Part shown: positions 47,196 to 55,487 of the stretch, in pieces
How positions within the stretch are numbered: position 1 is the first letter of the stretch
How the letters are laid out: every line of letters begins with the position of its first letter
Assembly: GCA_963815655.1 (NCBI GenBank)
Contig: CAWFHK010000001.1
Coordinates: 1,697,201-1,761,200, forward strand
Source: an uncultured Acidobacteriota bacterium
Lineage (GTDB): Bacteria; Acidobacteriota; Thermoanaerobaculia; UBA5066; Gp7-AA6
Direction: 5' to 3'
Length of the DNA: 64,000 nt
Translations under genes and position numbers: made by a program
Notes under the pieces: generated by a model
Told to the model about the DNA's origin: nothing
Seen by the model: only the letters and a program-made list of their open reading frames with translations
The model's database searches: none

Positions 47196-47885
47196 TCACC
47201 CGCTCTGGTTGCCCGGTTCCGGGACGGCGCTCCCGACGAGCCTCTTGAGGACCGCGCGGAGGTCCTTCAAGTCGAGCGGCTTGGACAGGTAGTCGTCGGC
47301 CTGGAATTCTCGGAACGCCTCGGACCGGTAGCGGGCCGCCGTGTAGACCGCGGTCATGATGACGATCTTCAGCTGCGAGGTGGCGGGGCTGCTCTTCAGG
47401 CGCCGGCACATTTCGCGGCCGTCCAGTTTCGGCATGAAGGCGTCGGCGAGGACGAGGTCCGGCCGGTACCGGCTCGCCAGCTGGATCCCCTCCAGGCCGT
47501 CGCGGGCGAGGACGGCCCCATACCCGAGCTCCTCCAGGGCCAGGAGCGTGGCGCGCAGGATGTCCGGCTCGTCGTCCACGACGAGGACGAGCGGCCGCCG
47601 GACGGCCGCCGGCGGAGGGTTCGGGGGCGGATCGAAAATCGCCCGCCGGTCGGCCATCGTGCGGTCCCACATCTCCTGCGGGGCCTTCTCCCAGAAACCC
47701 TGCTTGTAGACCGTCGTCGCCTTGCAGAAGCAATTCCGGCAGGCGGGACAGACGAGCGTCCGCTTGCTCGTCAGGCAGCCGCACCAGGCAGCGGCCAGGG
47801 CGTCGAAAGGCGCCTGGCAGGAAAAGCAGGGGACGACAAAACTGTGTCCCTGGAGTGGGGTTTCAGAATCCATCAGGGGTTGCAC
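47196..47885 (-). CDS. Response regulator with an N-terminal 8-Cys (putative double zinc) domain and C-terminal receiver
   Basis: 229 aa; CFSCQAPFDALAAAWCGCLTSKRTLVCPACRNCFC, then LVLVVDDEPD...VLADAFMPKLDG...K. Confidence 0.75.
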   Translation of the reverse strand: MQPLMDSETPLQGHSFVVPCFSCQAPFDALAAAWCGCLTSKRTLVCPACRNCFCKATTVYKQGFWEKAPQEMWDRTMADRRAIFDPPPNPPPAAVRRPLVLVVDDEPDILRATLLALEELGYGAVLARDGLEGIQLASRYRPDLVLADAFMPKLDGREMCRRLKSSPATSQLKIVIMTAVYTAARYRSEAFREFQADDYLSKPLDLKDLRAVLKRLVGSAVPEPGNQSG

Positions 47886-47969
47886 GCATTGTACCCTGAC
47901 GAGGAGGCCGTCACAATTGCCCGGAAGGACAGGTGACCCTTGCCGGTCCGATCCGGCGGCTTCGCGGAT

Positions 47970-48935
47970 TCAGACCGCGTCGGCCGGACGGATCGCGATG
48001 AGGGGCTCCGCTTCCACACCATACCCCGCGGCGACCCAACCGTCGAGGCCCCCCGCGAGCGGCCGCACCAGAGTAAATCCCCTTTCCATCAGCGCGCGGG
48101 CCACACGGGCCGCCGAGGCCTCGTTGGGTCACGTGCAGTAGAGGATCATCTCCCGGTCCTGAGGGAGCCCGGCGAGCCTCTCGGGGATGTCGGAGAGCTG
48201 GAGAAGTTTCGCGCCCGGGATGCGGCGGGGATCGCTCAGGTGGGCTCCCGCCGTGCGGACATCCAGGACGACCGGGTTGCGTCCCTCGTCCATCAGGCGG
48301 TGCAGCTCCTCGGGGGAGATGCGGGCCATTCGCAGCAACTTGTAGAAGCGGCGCCGCTGCCACCATTTGACCGCGACGAAGACAATGAGCGCGGCGCCGA
48401 CGAGGACGAGCGCCCGGCTCCCGATGCCGGTCAGGAACTCCAGGCCCCGGTCGATCGCGCGGTGAAAGACCATGCCCGCAACGACCCCGGCGCCCGCCCA
48501 GACGAACGCCCCCGCGCCGTCGTAGGCGAGGAACGGGAGAAACCGGGCGTTGATGGCCCCGGCCAGCGGCGGCGCCACGGTCGAGAAGCCGGGCACGAAC
48601 TTCGCGACCACGAGCGAGGGCAATCCCCACTTCTCGAAGATCGAGGTGGTCTGCCGGACGCAGGAATCGGGCGAGAGCGAGACGCGGCAAAGTGTCTTCA
48701 GGATGCGGAAGCCGTGGCGCTTCCCCAGCGCGTACCAGAGGGCATCCGCGATGACCGAGGCGAGGACGGCGACGAGCAGGACGCGGGGGGCCGAAAGGTC
48801 CCGCTCGACGGCGAGGGCGCCGGCGACCACGAGAACGGGGATCGCCGGGATCGGCAGGCCCAGCTGCTCCAGGAGAACGTTGACGAAGACGAGCGAGAGC
48901 CCGTATTTCGAGACGTAAAACGTGAGCTGCTGCAT
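47970..48935 (-). CDS. DedA (VTT/SNARE-associated) membrane domain fused to a rhodanese domain, interrupted by an in-frame TGA at 48129-48131; the reading frame continues 52 codons to TGA 47970-47972
   Basis: Track ORF 48129-48935 ends ...DREMILYCT*. Hand translation past the stop continues in frame: PNEASAARVARALMERGFTLVRPLAGGLDGWVAAGYGVEAEPLIAIRPADAV, the expected remainder of a rhodanese domain. Confidence 0.7.
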
Positions 48936-49090
48936 GGACGCGAGACGTTAACACTCCCCCGGTCGGAAACGTCTGAGGATCGGGACTCGACCTGAGCGCC
49001 TCGCCCGACTCGTCCCTCCCCCTCCCGAGGCGACCCGCGAAAAAGTCCTTCGGGGCGAGGAGCGGGCGCTGGAGTCGTGGAGGTGGGTCA

Positions 49091-49119
49091 CCAATCCCCA
49101 ATCCCCAATTCCCAATCAC
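49091..49119. repeat. (CCCCAAT)x3-4 heptamer array
   Basis: ccaatccccaatccccaattcccaatcac. Confidence 0.85.
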
Positions 49120-49133
49120 AGATCCCCCGGCCT

Positions 49134-49159
49134 AACTTCTCCCGTTCTCCGCCGTCTAA
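49134..49159 (+). promoter_or_regulatory. Candidate ECF-type (sigma-E-like) autoregulated promoter AACTT-N16-TCTAA
   Basis: ctAACTTctcccgttctccgccgTCTAAa, 10 nt upstream of the ECF sigma ATG (49169). Resembles the GGAACTT-N16-TCTRA class from memory. Confidence 0.35.
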
Positions 49160-49168
49160 ACAACAGGA

Positions 49169-49732
49169 ATGGAAGGGAGCGATGCAGCCGCTGTCGCGAG
49201 GGCGAGAGCGGGCGATCGGGAGGCCTTCCGTTGCCTGGTCGAGAGGCACAGCCGGAACGTGTTCCGGCTGGCATTCCGGATGACGGGAAACGAGGAGGAC
49301 GCGGAAGACGTGGTTCAGGAGACGTTCTTGAAGGCCTATCGCAATCTGCACCGCTTCGCCGGCCAGTCGGAGTTCTCGACGTGGCTTCACCGGATCGGGG
49401 CCAACTGCGCGGTGGACGCGCTGCGGCGCCGCGCTTCCAGCCGGAGGCAGGAGCGTCCGCTCGAGGAGGAGGCCCTCGAGGCCGCCGCGAGCGATCCGAC
49501 GCCCGAGCGCGTCGCCTTCGGTTCGGACATCCAGCGGCGGGTCGCCCGGTCGCTCGAGGGACTCTCGGCGATGGAGAGGGCGGCGTTCGTGCTGCGCCAT
49601 TTCGAGGGACGGTCGATCGCCGAGATCGCGAGCACTCTCGGCGTCCGGAGCGGCGCGGCCAGGAACTGCGTCTTCCGAGCGGTGGAGAAGCTGCGCCGCG
49701 ATCTGCGGCCGGTCGCGGAAGGAGCCCGATGA
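49169..49732 (+). CDS. ECF-family RNA polymerase sigma factor
   Basis: 187 aa; region 2 FRLAFRMTGNEEDAEDVVQETFLKAY and region 4 SIAEIASTLGVRSGAARNCVFRAVEKLR. Confidence 0.9.
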   Translation: MEGSDAAAVARARAGDREAFRCLVERHSRNVFRLAFRMTGNEEDAEDVVQETFLKAYRNLHRFAGQSEFSTWLHRIGANCAVDALRRRASSRRQERPLEEEALEAAASDPTPERVAFGSDIQRRVARSLEGLSAMERAAFVLRHFEGRSIAEIASTLGVRSGAARNCVFRAVEKLRRDLRPVAEGAR

Positions 49733-50463
49733 GACATCCGGGAGAGGAGGAGCTGATCCTCTTCCATTACGAGGGGAGCCGGAGCGTCTCCCGGCACCTC
49801 GCGGCCTGCCTTCCCTGCCGCAGCCGCGCGAACGAGATCGAGAGACTGTTGGCGGCGGTCGAGGCGGCGCCGGTGCCGGAGCGCGGCGAGGAATACGGGC
49901 GGGAGGTCTGGCGGCGCCTCGAGCTCCGGCTGCCGGAACGGCCCGACCCGTTTTGGAAGGGGATGATCGCGCCGCGCCTCGCGTTGGCCGGAGTCCTGGC
50001 GGCGGTCGCGCTGGCGGCGTTTCTCGCCGGACGCTTCTCGCGTGTCGCGGAACGGCCGGCCGGGGTGGCCGCCTCGACGGCGGGGGATCGGATCCTGCTC
50101 GTCACCGTCGCCGACCACCTGGAACGCTCCGAGGTCGTGCTCGTCGAATTGCTCCACGCGCCGGCCGCGGACGCCGGTGGACAGCTCGATCGGGCGCGCA
50201 CCGAGGAGCTCCTCGCCGCCAACCGCCTGTACCGCCAGTCGGCCAGGGCCGCCGGCGAGCGAGCCGTCTCCGACGTGCTCGACGATCTCGAACGCGTGCT
50301 CCTCGAGGCGGCGCACACCCCTTCCTCCTCCGCGGAGGCGTTGGAGGACGTGCGGCGGCGGTCGGAAGCCGAGGGAGTGCTTTTCAAGATCCGCGTGCTC
50401 GGCTCCCGGGTGCGCCAGCGCGAACAGGCGATGTCCCCGCGCGACGAAAGGAAGAGAACATGA
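49729..50463 (+). CDS. Anti-sigma factor (zf-HC2-like H-x3-C-x2-C, one TM helix)
   Basis: 244 aa from ATG 49729 (ATGA overlap with the sigma stop). HLAACLPCRSRANEI; TM IAPRLALAGVLAAVALAAFLAG. Confidence 0.75.
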   Translation: MRHPGEEELILFHYEGSRSVSRHLAACLPCRSRANEIERLLAAVEAAPVPERGEEYGREVWRRLELRLPERPDPFWKGMIAPRLALAGVLAAVALAAFLAGRFSRVAERPAGVAASTAGDRILLVTVADHLERSEVVLVELLHAPAADAGGQLDRARTEELLAANRLYRQSARAAGERAVSDVLDDLERVLLEAAHTPSSSAEALEDVRRRSEAEGVLFKIRVLGSRVRQREQAMSPRDERKRT

Positions 50464-51695
50464 TCCGAAGGACCCTGCTCACCGGTGTTTTGCTCCTCCT
50501 CTGTGCCGCGCGGCCCGGCGCCGGCGTCGCGGCCGCCCTCGACACCGGCTGGGCGGACGGTCCGGAAGGGACCCAGGAAGACCGGCTCTACGAACAGGGC
50601 GCCAACGCGCTGGACGACGGCGACTGGGACCGCGCGGCGGCGGCCTTCACCGAGGTCGCCAGGAGCAACGGCGCCCGCGCCGACGCGGCCGTCTACTGGA
50701 TCGCCTATGCGTACAAGCAGGAGAAGCGCCATGCCGAGGCGCTCGCTCTCCTCGCCGGGTTTCCCGCCCGGTTCCCGAAGAGCTCCTGGTTGAAGGACGT
50801 CAAGGCCCTGGAACTGGAGATCCGGCAGTCGGGCGGGCGGAGCGTCCGGCCCGAGGCGGAGAACGACGAAGACCTGAAGCTGATGGCGATCAACAGCCTG
50901 CTCCACACCGACCCGGAGCGCGCCATCCCGCTGCTCGAGAAGTTCCTGAAGTCCGGCTCCTCCCCCAAGTTGAAGGAGCGCGCCCTCTTCGTGCTCGCCC
51001 AGAGCGACTCTCCGCGCGCCCGCCAGATCGTGGGAGACATCGCGCGCTCCGCCTCCGATCCGGACCTCCAGGAGAAGGCTCTCCGCTATCTGGGCATCCA
51101 CGGGGGGCGCGCCAGCCGGGAGCTTCTCGCGGAGATCTACGCTTCCCCCTCCTCGACGCTCGAAGTCAAGGAGCGGATCCTCAAGAGCTTCATGGTCGCC
51201 GGGGAGCGCGACCGGATCCTGGCCGCCGCGAAGGGGGAGAAGGAACCGCGCCTGCGGTCGGCCGCGATGCGCCTGCTCGGCGTCATGGGCGCGCGCTTGG
51301 AGCTGTGGCAGCTCTACGGGAGCGAGACCTCGGAAGACGTCAAGAGGGCGGCCCTGCAAGGGATGTTCGTGGCGGGAGACAGCGAGCACATCCTGGAGCT
51401 GGCGCGCGCTGAGCGGCAGCCGGACCTGAAGCGGGAGGCGATCCACAAGCTGGGGGTCATGGGCAAGGAGCAGACCGGGACGGCGCTCGTCTCGATCTAC
51501 AAGAGCGAGAAGGATCCGGACCTTCGAAAGGCAGCTCTCCAGGGACTCTTCGTGCAGGGCAATTCGCACGCGCTCGTCGAGATCGCCCGCTCGGAGAAGG
51601 ACCCGGACTTGAAGCGCGAGGCGGTCAAGAAGCTCTCGGTCATGGGCAGCGACAAGGAAGCGACGGATTACCTCATGGAGTTGTTGAAGGACTGA
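50460..51695 (+). CDS. Secreted HEAT/ARM-like repeat protein
   Basis: 411 aa from ATG 50460 (ATGA overlap). Signal-like MIRRTLLTGVLLLLCAARPGAG. Recurrent ...DPDL(K/Q)(R/E)(E/K)A(L/V/I)..LG(V/I)(M/H)G... repeats. Confidence 0.7.
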   Translation: MIRRTLLTGVLLLLCAARPGAGVAAALDTGWADGPEGTQEDRLYEQGANALDDGDWDRAAAAFTEVARSNGARADAAVYWIAYAYKQEKRHAEALALLAGFPARFPKSSWLKDVKALELEIRQSGGRSVRPEAENDEDLKLMAINSLLHTDPERAIPLLEKFLKSGSSPKLKERALFVLAQSDSPRARQIVGDIARSASDPDLQEKALRYLGIHGGRASRELLAEIYASPSSTLEVKERILKSFMVAGERDRILAAAKGEKEPRLRSAAMRLLGVMGARLELWQLYGSETSEDVKRAALQGMFVAGDSEHILELARAERQPDLKREAIHKLGVMGKEQTGTALVSIYKSEKDPDLRKAALQGLFVQGNSHALVEIARSEKDPDLKREAVKKLSVMGSDKEATDYLMELLKD

Positions 51696-51709
51696 CGAAG
51701 GAGGAGGCG

Positions 51710-52666
51710 ATGGGCGGGAAGCAGCGGGTTTTCTGGATCGTTCTGGCGGTCTGTCTGACCGCGTCGGTGGCGGGGGCAACGGAGAGGCACGGCCGCCACG
51801 GCGCGAGCGTCTCGGTCGAGCGGGACGGCCCGATCGACGATTGCCGGCAGATGCGCGTGACCTTCGATGACGCGGAGGCCGCCCGCGCCGAGGAGACGGT
51901 GACCGGTCCCGCGCCGCGCGGCGCGCTGCGGTTCCGGGCGCCGGCCAATTCCGGGATCTTCGTCCTGGGCGCCGACCGCTCCGACGTCTCCGTGACCGCG
52001 TGCAAGGCGGCGGCCGCGGAGCAGGACCTCTCGCGGATCGCCGTCTCCCTCCAGGGCGACGAGCTCTCCGTGCGCGGGCCCGAAGGCCGCGACTGGCTCG
52101 TGCACTTCATCGTCAGGGCGCCCCGCGGCGCCGGCCTCGACCTCGACGTGACCAACGGTCCGGTGGCGGTGCGCGGCATGGCCGGCGTCGTCACCGCCCA
52201 CGCCCGGAACGGTCCGCTCTCCTTCGAAGAGTCTTCCGGGCCGATCCGGGCGGAGGCGCGCAACGGCCCGATCTCACTCCGGGCCTGTTCGGGCAAGGTC
52301 TCCGCGACGGCCGTCAACGGTCCGGTCAGCGTGTCCGGCAGCGGCGGGGACGTCGACATCGACACGCAGAACGGCCCGATCTCGGTGAAGCTCTCGGGCA
52401 ACCGATGGGACGGGCGGCTCGAGGCCCACGCCCGGAACGGCCCGCTCTCCCTGTCGCTGCCGGAGGGGTACGCCTCGGCCGTCAGCGTCGAGAGCTCCGG
52501 CCGCTCCCCCTTCCAGTGCCGGGCGAAGGCCTGCGGGGAGGCTCGCCGGAACTGGGACGAGGATTCGCGCCGCATCGACTTCGGCGACTCCTCGGCGCCG
52601 GTCGTCCGTCTCTCGACCGTCAACGGGCCGGTCTCGATCCGATCCGACGGGGCCGAGGAGGAGTGA
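51710..52666 (+). CDS. DUF4097-like beta-helical repeat protein
   Basis: 318 aa; signal-like N-terminus. About nine repeats of the NGP(I/V/L)S motif (TNGPVAV, RNGPLSF, RNGPISL, VNGPVSV, QNGPISV...). Confidence 0.7.
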   Translation: MGGKQRVFWIVLAVCLTASVAGATERHGRHGASVSVERDGPIDDCRQMRVTFDDAEAARAEETVTGPAPRGALRFRAPANSGIFVLGADRSDVSVTACKAAAAEQDLSRIAVSLQGDELSVRGPEGRDWLVHFIVRAPRGAGLDLDVTNGPVAVRGMAGVVTAHARNGPLSFEESSGPIRAEARNGPISLRACSGKVSATAVNGPVSVSGSGGDVDIDTQNGPISVKLSGNRWDGRLEAHARNGPLSLSLPEGYASAVSVESSGRSPFQCRAKACGEARRNWDEDSRRIDFGDSSAPVVRLSTVNGPVSIRSDGAEEE

Positions 52667-52671
52667 CGGCG

Positions 52672-53769
52672 ATGGAGCCACGCCGCCGCATCCCTCTCCT
52701 CCTCGCCGCCGTGTTCGCGGCGCTGCCGGCCGGCGCCGCCGCGCAGCCGGCGCGCTTCGCCAACGCCCGCGTCGAGGCGCGGACGGCCGCCAACGGCCTC
52801 GGGAAGACCTTCCGCGCCCTCGCCGCCGCGCAGGAGAGCCCGGCCTGGGTCGCCTGGTCGGTGCCGGCGGCCGGCACCCATCACATGTGCTGCTACGGGT
52901 CGCTCGACGGCCTCGAATCGGGCCCCTGCGCCGGCCGCTGCTTCCTCGAAAGCGAGGGCCGCAACGTGACCGTCGTCAATTCCGACGGCGAGGACTGCCC
53001 GGATCGCTCCGGAAGCGGCCGGATGCTCGTCCTGCTGCGGCTGGAGGCGCGGGCGCCCCGGCGGTTGCGCACGTTCTCGAGCGATTGCACTCTCGATGCC
53101 GGCGGCCTCCCGGTCTTCTGGCTCACCGACGTGCGCCCGTCCGAGAGCGTCGCGCTGCTCGAGACGCTCGCGGGCGACGGGTCGTTGGCGCGCCGGAAGC
53201 GCCGGGAGGGGGGTGAGCCCGCGCTCTCCGCGATCGCCTTGCACGACGATCCTTCGGCCGACGCGGCGCTGGAGAAGTTCGCCGCTCCCGGCAACTCCGA
53301 GGCGCTCCGCAAGCAGGCCTTCTTCTGGCTCGGGAACGCGAGGGGCCGCCGCGGCTACAAGGTCCTTCGGGCGCTCGCGCAAGAGGAGAAGGACGAAGAG
53401 ATGCGGCGGCATCTCACGTTCGCCCTCTCGCAAAGCAGGGAGCCGGACGCCACGCAAACGCTCATGGAGATGGCGAAACGGGACGCCAGCGCCTCGGTGC
53501 GCGGCCAGGCCCTCTTCTGGCTGGCGCAGAAGGCCGGAAAGAAAGCGGCCTCGGCAATCGAAAACGCCATCCGGAACGACCCGGAGACGGAGGTCAAGAC
53601 GAGGGCCGTCTTCGCCCTGACCCGGATGCCGAAGGACGAGGGGATCCCGCTCCTGATCGAGGTCGCCCGGACCAACAGGAACCCGGAGGTGCGCCGGAAG
53701 GCCGTTTTCTGGCTGGGCCAGTCCAGGGACCCGCGCGCGCTCGCCTTCATCGAGGAGGTGTTGCGGTAG
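52672..53769 (+). CDS. Secreted protein with a Cys-rich N-terminal domain and C-terminal HEAT repeats
   Basis: 365 aa from ATG 52672; signal-like IPLLLAAVFAALPAGAAA. HHMCCYGSLDGLESGPCAGRCF. HEAT-like repeats ...VR(G/R)(Q/K)A(L/V)FWL(A/G)Q... Confidence 0.65.
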   Translation: MEPRRRIPLLLAAVFAALPAGAAAQPARFANARVEARTAANGLGKTFRALAAAQESPAWVAWSVPAAGTHHMCCYGSLDGLESGPCAGRCFLESEGRNVTVVNSDGEDCPDRSGSGRMLVLLRLEARAPRRLRTFSSDCTLDAGGLPVFWLTDVRPSESVALLETLAGDGSLARRKRREGGEPALSAIALHDDPSADAALEKFAAPGNSEALRKQAFFWLGNARGRRGYKVLRALAQEEKDEEMRRHLTFALSQSREPDATQTLMEMAKRDASASVRGQALFWLAQKAGKKAASAIENAIRNDPETEVKTRAVFALTRMPKDEGIPLLIEVARTNRNPEVRRKAVFWLGQSRDPRALAFIEEVLR

Positions 53770-53785
53770 GGTTCCGGCTCCAGAG

Positions 53786-55465
53786 ATGACGACGCGCAGT
53801 TTCATGGCGAGGTTGGGAGGTCCCGGCGCGATCTTCTGCGTCGCGCTCCTCGGCCAGTCCGCCTTTTCGGACGGCCTGCCGGCCGGATCGGAGACCGAGC
53901 GGTGGAGAGAGGACCTGCGCTTCATGGCCGAGCAGATGCCGAAGCTCCACAGGAATCTCTTCCACGCGATGACGCGCGGGCAATTCGAAAGCGCGGTCCG
54001 GAGCCTCGACGAGCGCATCCCGACGCTCGCGCGGCACCGGATCATCGTCGAGATGGCCCGGATCGTCGCGATGGTCGGGGACGGGCACACCAACATCGCG
54101 CCGACGCGCGACCCGAAGATCGGCTTCCGCGAGTATCCCGTGAGGCTCTCGCTCTTCCCGGGCGGCCTCTTCATCCGCTCGGCGGCGCGCCGGCACGCGG
54201 ACCTCGTCGGCGCCCGCGTCATCCGGATCGGGACCGCCACCGTCGAGGAGGCCTTCGACGCCGTGCGCCGGATCATCGGGCGCGACAATGAGATGGACGT
54301 GAAGTTCTTCGCGCCGTTCCTTCTGGCGATGCCCGAAGTGCTTCACGCCCTCGGGTTGATCTCCGACATGGAAAGCGCCCCGTTCACCGTCGAGAGCGGC
54401 GGCCGCCGGAGGACCGTGACCCTGAGGCCCGCGGGGCCCGCCGAGATGATGTCGCCCGACACGGACACGAGCTGGCTTCCCCGGGAGGGCTGGGTGGACG
54501 CGCGCGACGCGGCGTCGAAACCCCCGCCCCTCTGGCTCAGGGACCCGCGCGACAAGTTCTGGTTCGAATACCTTCCGGACGCGAAGGCCGTCTACGTGCA
54601 GTTCAATCAGGTCGGGAACAAGGAGAACGACACCGTCGAGGCCTTCGCCGACCGCCTCTTCGCGTTCGTGGACGCGCACCCGGTCGAGCGACTCGTCCTG
54701 GACCTCCGGCTGAACCGGGGCGGCAACGGCGAGCTCAACCGCCCCCTCCTCCTCGGCCTCATCCGGTCGCGGAAGGTGGATCAGAAAGGGCGCCTCTTCG
54801 TCCTCGTAGGCCGGAGCACCTGGTCGGCGGCGCAGATGCTGGTCAACGAGCTCGAGAGGTACACGAACGCGATCTTCGTCGGCGAGCCGACGGGAGGGAA
54901 GGCGAACTCCTACGGCGACTCGCGCCGCATCACGCTCCCCAACAGCGGGATCACCGTGCGGGTCTCGACCCTCTGGTGGCAGGGGGACGAGAGGGACCGG
55001 CGGCCGTGGACGGCCCCGCGAGTCGCCGCCGACCTCACCTTCGAGGACTACCGCCGCAACAACGACCCGGCGTTGAAGGCGGTCCTGAGCTACGTCCCGG
55101 GAAAGTCGCTCGCCGAGCTGTTGAAGGAGACCGTAGCGGCCGACGACTTCCGGCGTGCCGCGGCCGTGTACCGGGAGTGGAGAGCCGATCCCGTCAACGC
55201 CTACGCGCTCGCGGAAAACGAGGTCCCGGTCAACGGTCTCGGCTACGCGCTGTTGGCGGCCGGGCGTCCGGATCGGGCGATCGAGGTGTTCCAGTTGAAC
55301 GCCGCCGCGTTCCCGGGGTCGGCCAACGCCTTCGACAGCCTGGGCGAGGCCTACAAGACCAGGGGCGATCGGGAGCTGGCGATCCGCGCCTACGAGAAAG
55401 CCCTGGCCCTGGATCCGAGCATGACCTCGGCCGTCGAGGCGTTGAGAGAGCTCCGGAGCCGTTGA
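53786..55465 (+). CDS. S41-like peptidase-family protein with C-terminal TPR repeats
   Basis: 559 aa; LVLDLRLNRGGNG and VLVGRSTWSAAQMLV resemble the S41 catalytic-domain pattern. C-terminal FDSLGEAYKTRGDRELAIRAYEKALALDP is a TPR. Confidence 0.65.
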   Translation: MTTRSFMARLGGPGAIFCVALLGQSAFSDGLPAGSETERWREDLRFMAEQMPKLHRNLFHAMTRGQFESAVRSLDERIPTLARHRIIVEMARIVAMVGDGHTNIAPTRDPKIGFREYPVRLSLFPGGLFIRSAARRHADLVGARVIRIGTATVEEAFDAVRRIIGRDNEMDVKFFAPFLLAMPEVLHALGLISDMESAPFTVESGGRRRTVTLRPAGPAEMMSPDTDTSWLPREGWVDARDAASKPPPLWLRDPRDKFWFEYLPDAKAVYVQFNQVGNKENDTVEAFADRLFAFVDAHPVERLVLDLRLNRGGNGELNRPLLLGLIRSRKVDQKGRLFVLVGRSTWSAAQMLVNELERYTNAIFVGEPTGGKANSYGDSRRITLPNSGITVRVSTLWWQGDERDRRPWTAPRVAADLTFEDYRRNNDPALKAVLSYVPGKSLAELLKETVAADDFRRAAAVYREWRADPVNAYALAENEVPVNGLGYALLAAGRPDRAIEVFQLNAAAFPGSANAFDSLGEAYKTRGDRELAIRAYEKALALDPSMTSAVEALRELRSR

Positions 55466-55487
55466 GACCGCCGCCGGACGGGACCTT

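Noticed and set aside
48060-48128. Treating the hairpin after the rhodanese TGA as proof of a SECIS
   Set aside because: It has only a 6-bp stem with one bulge, and comparable hairpins arise by chance in ~70% GC sequence. I keep it as supporting but not decisive evidence in the finding.
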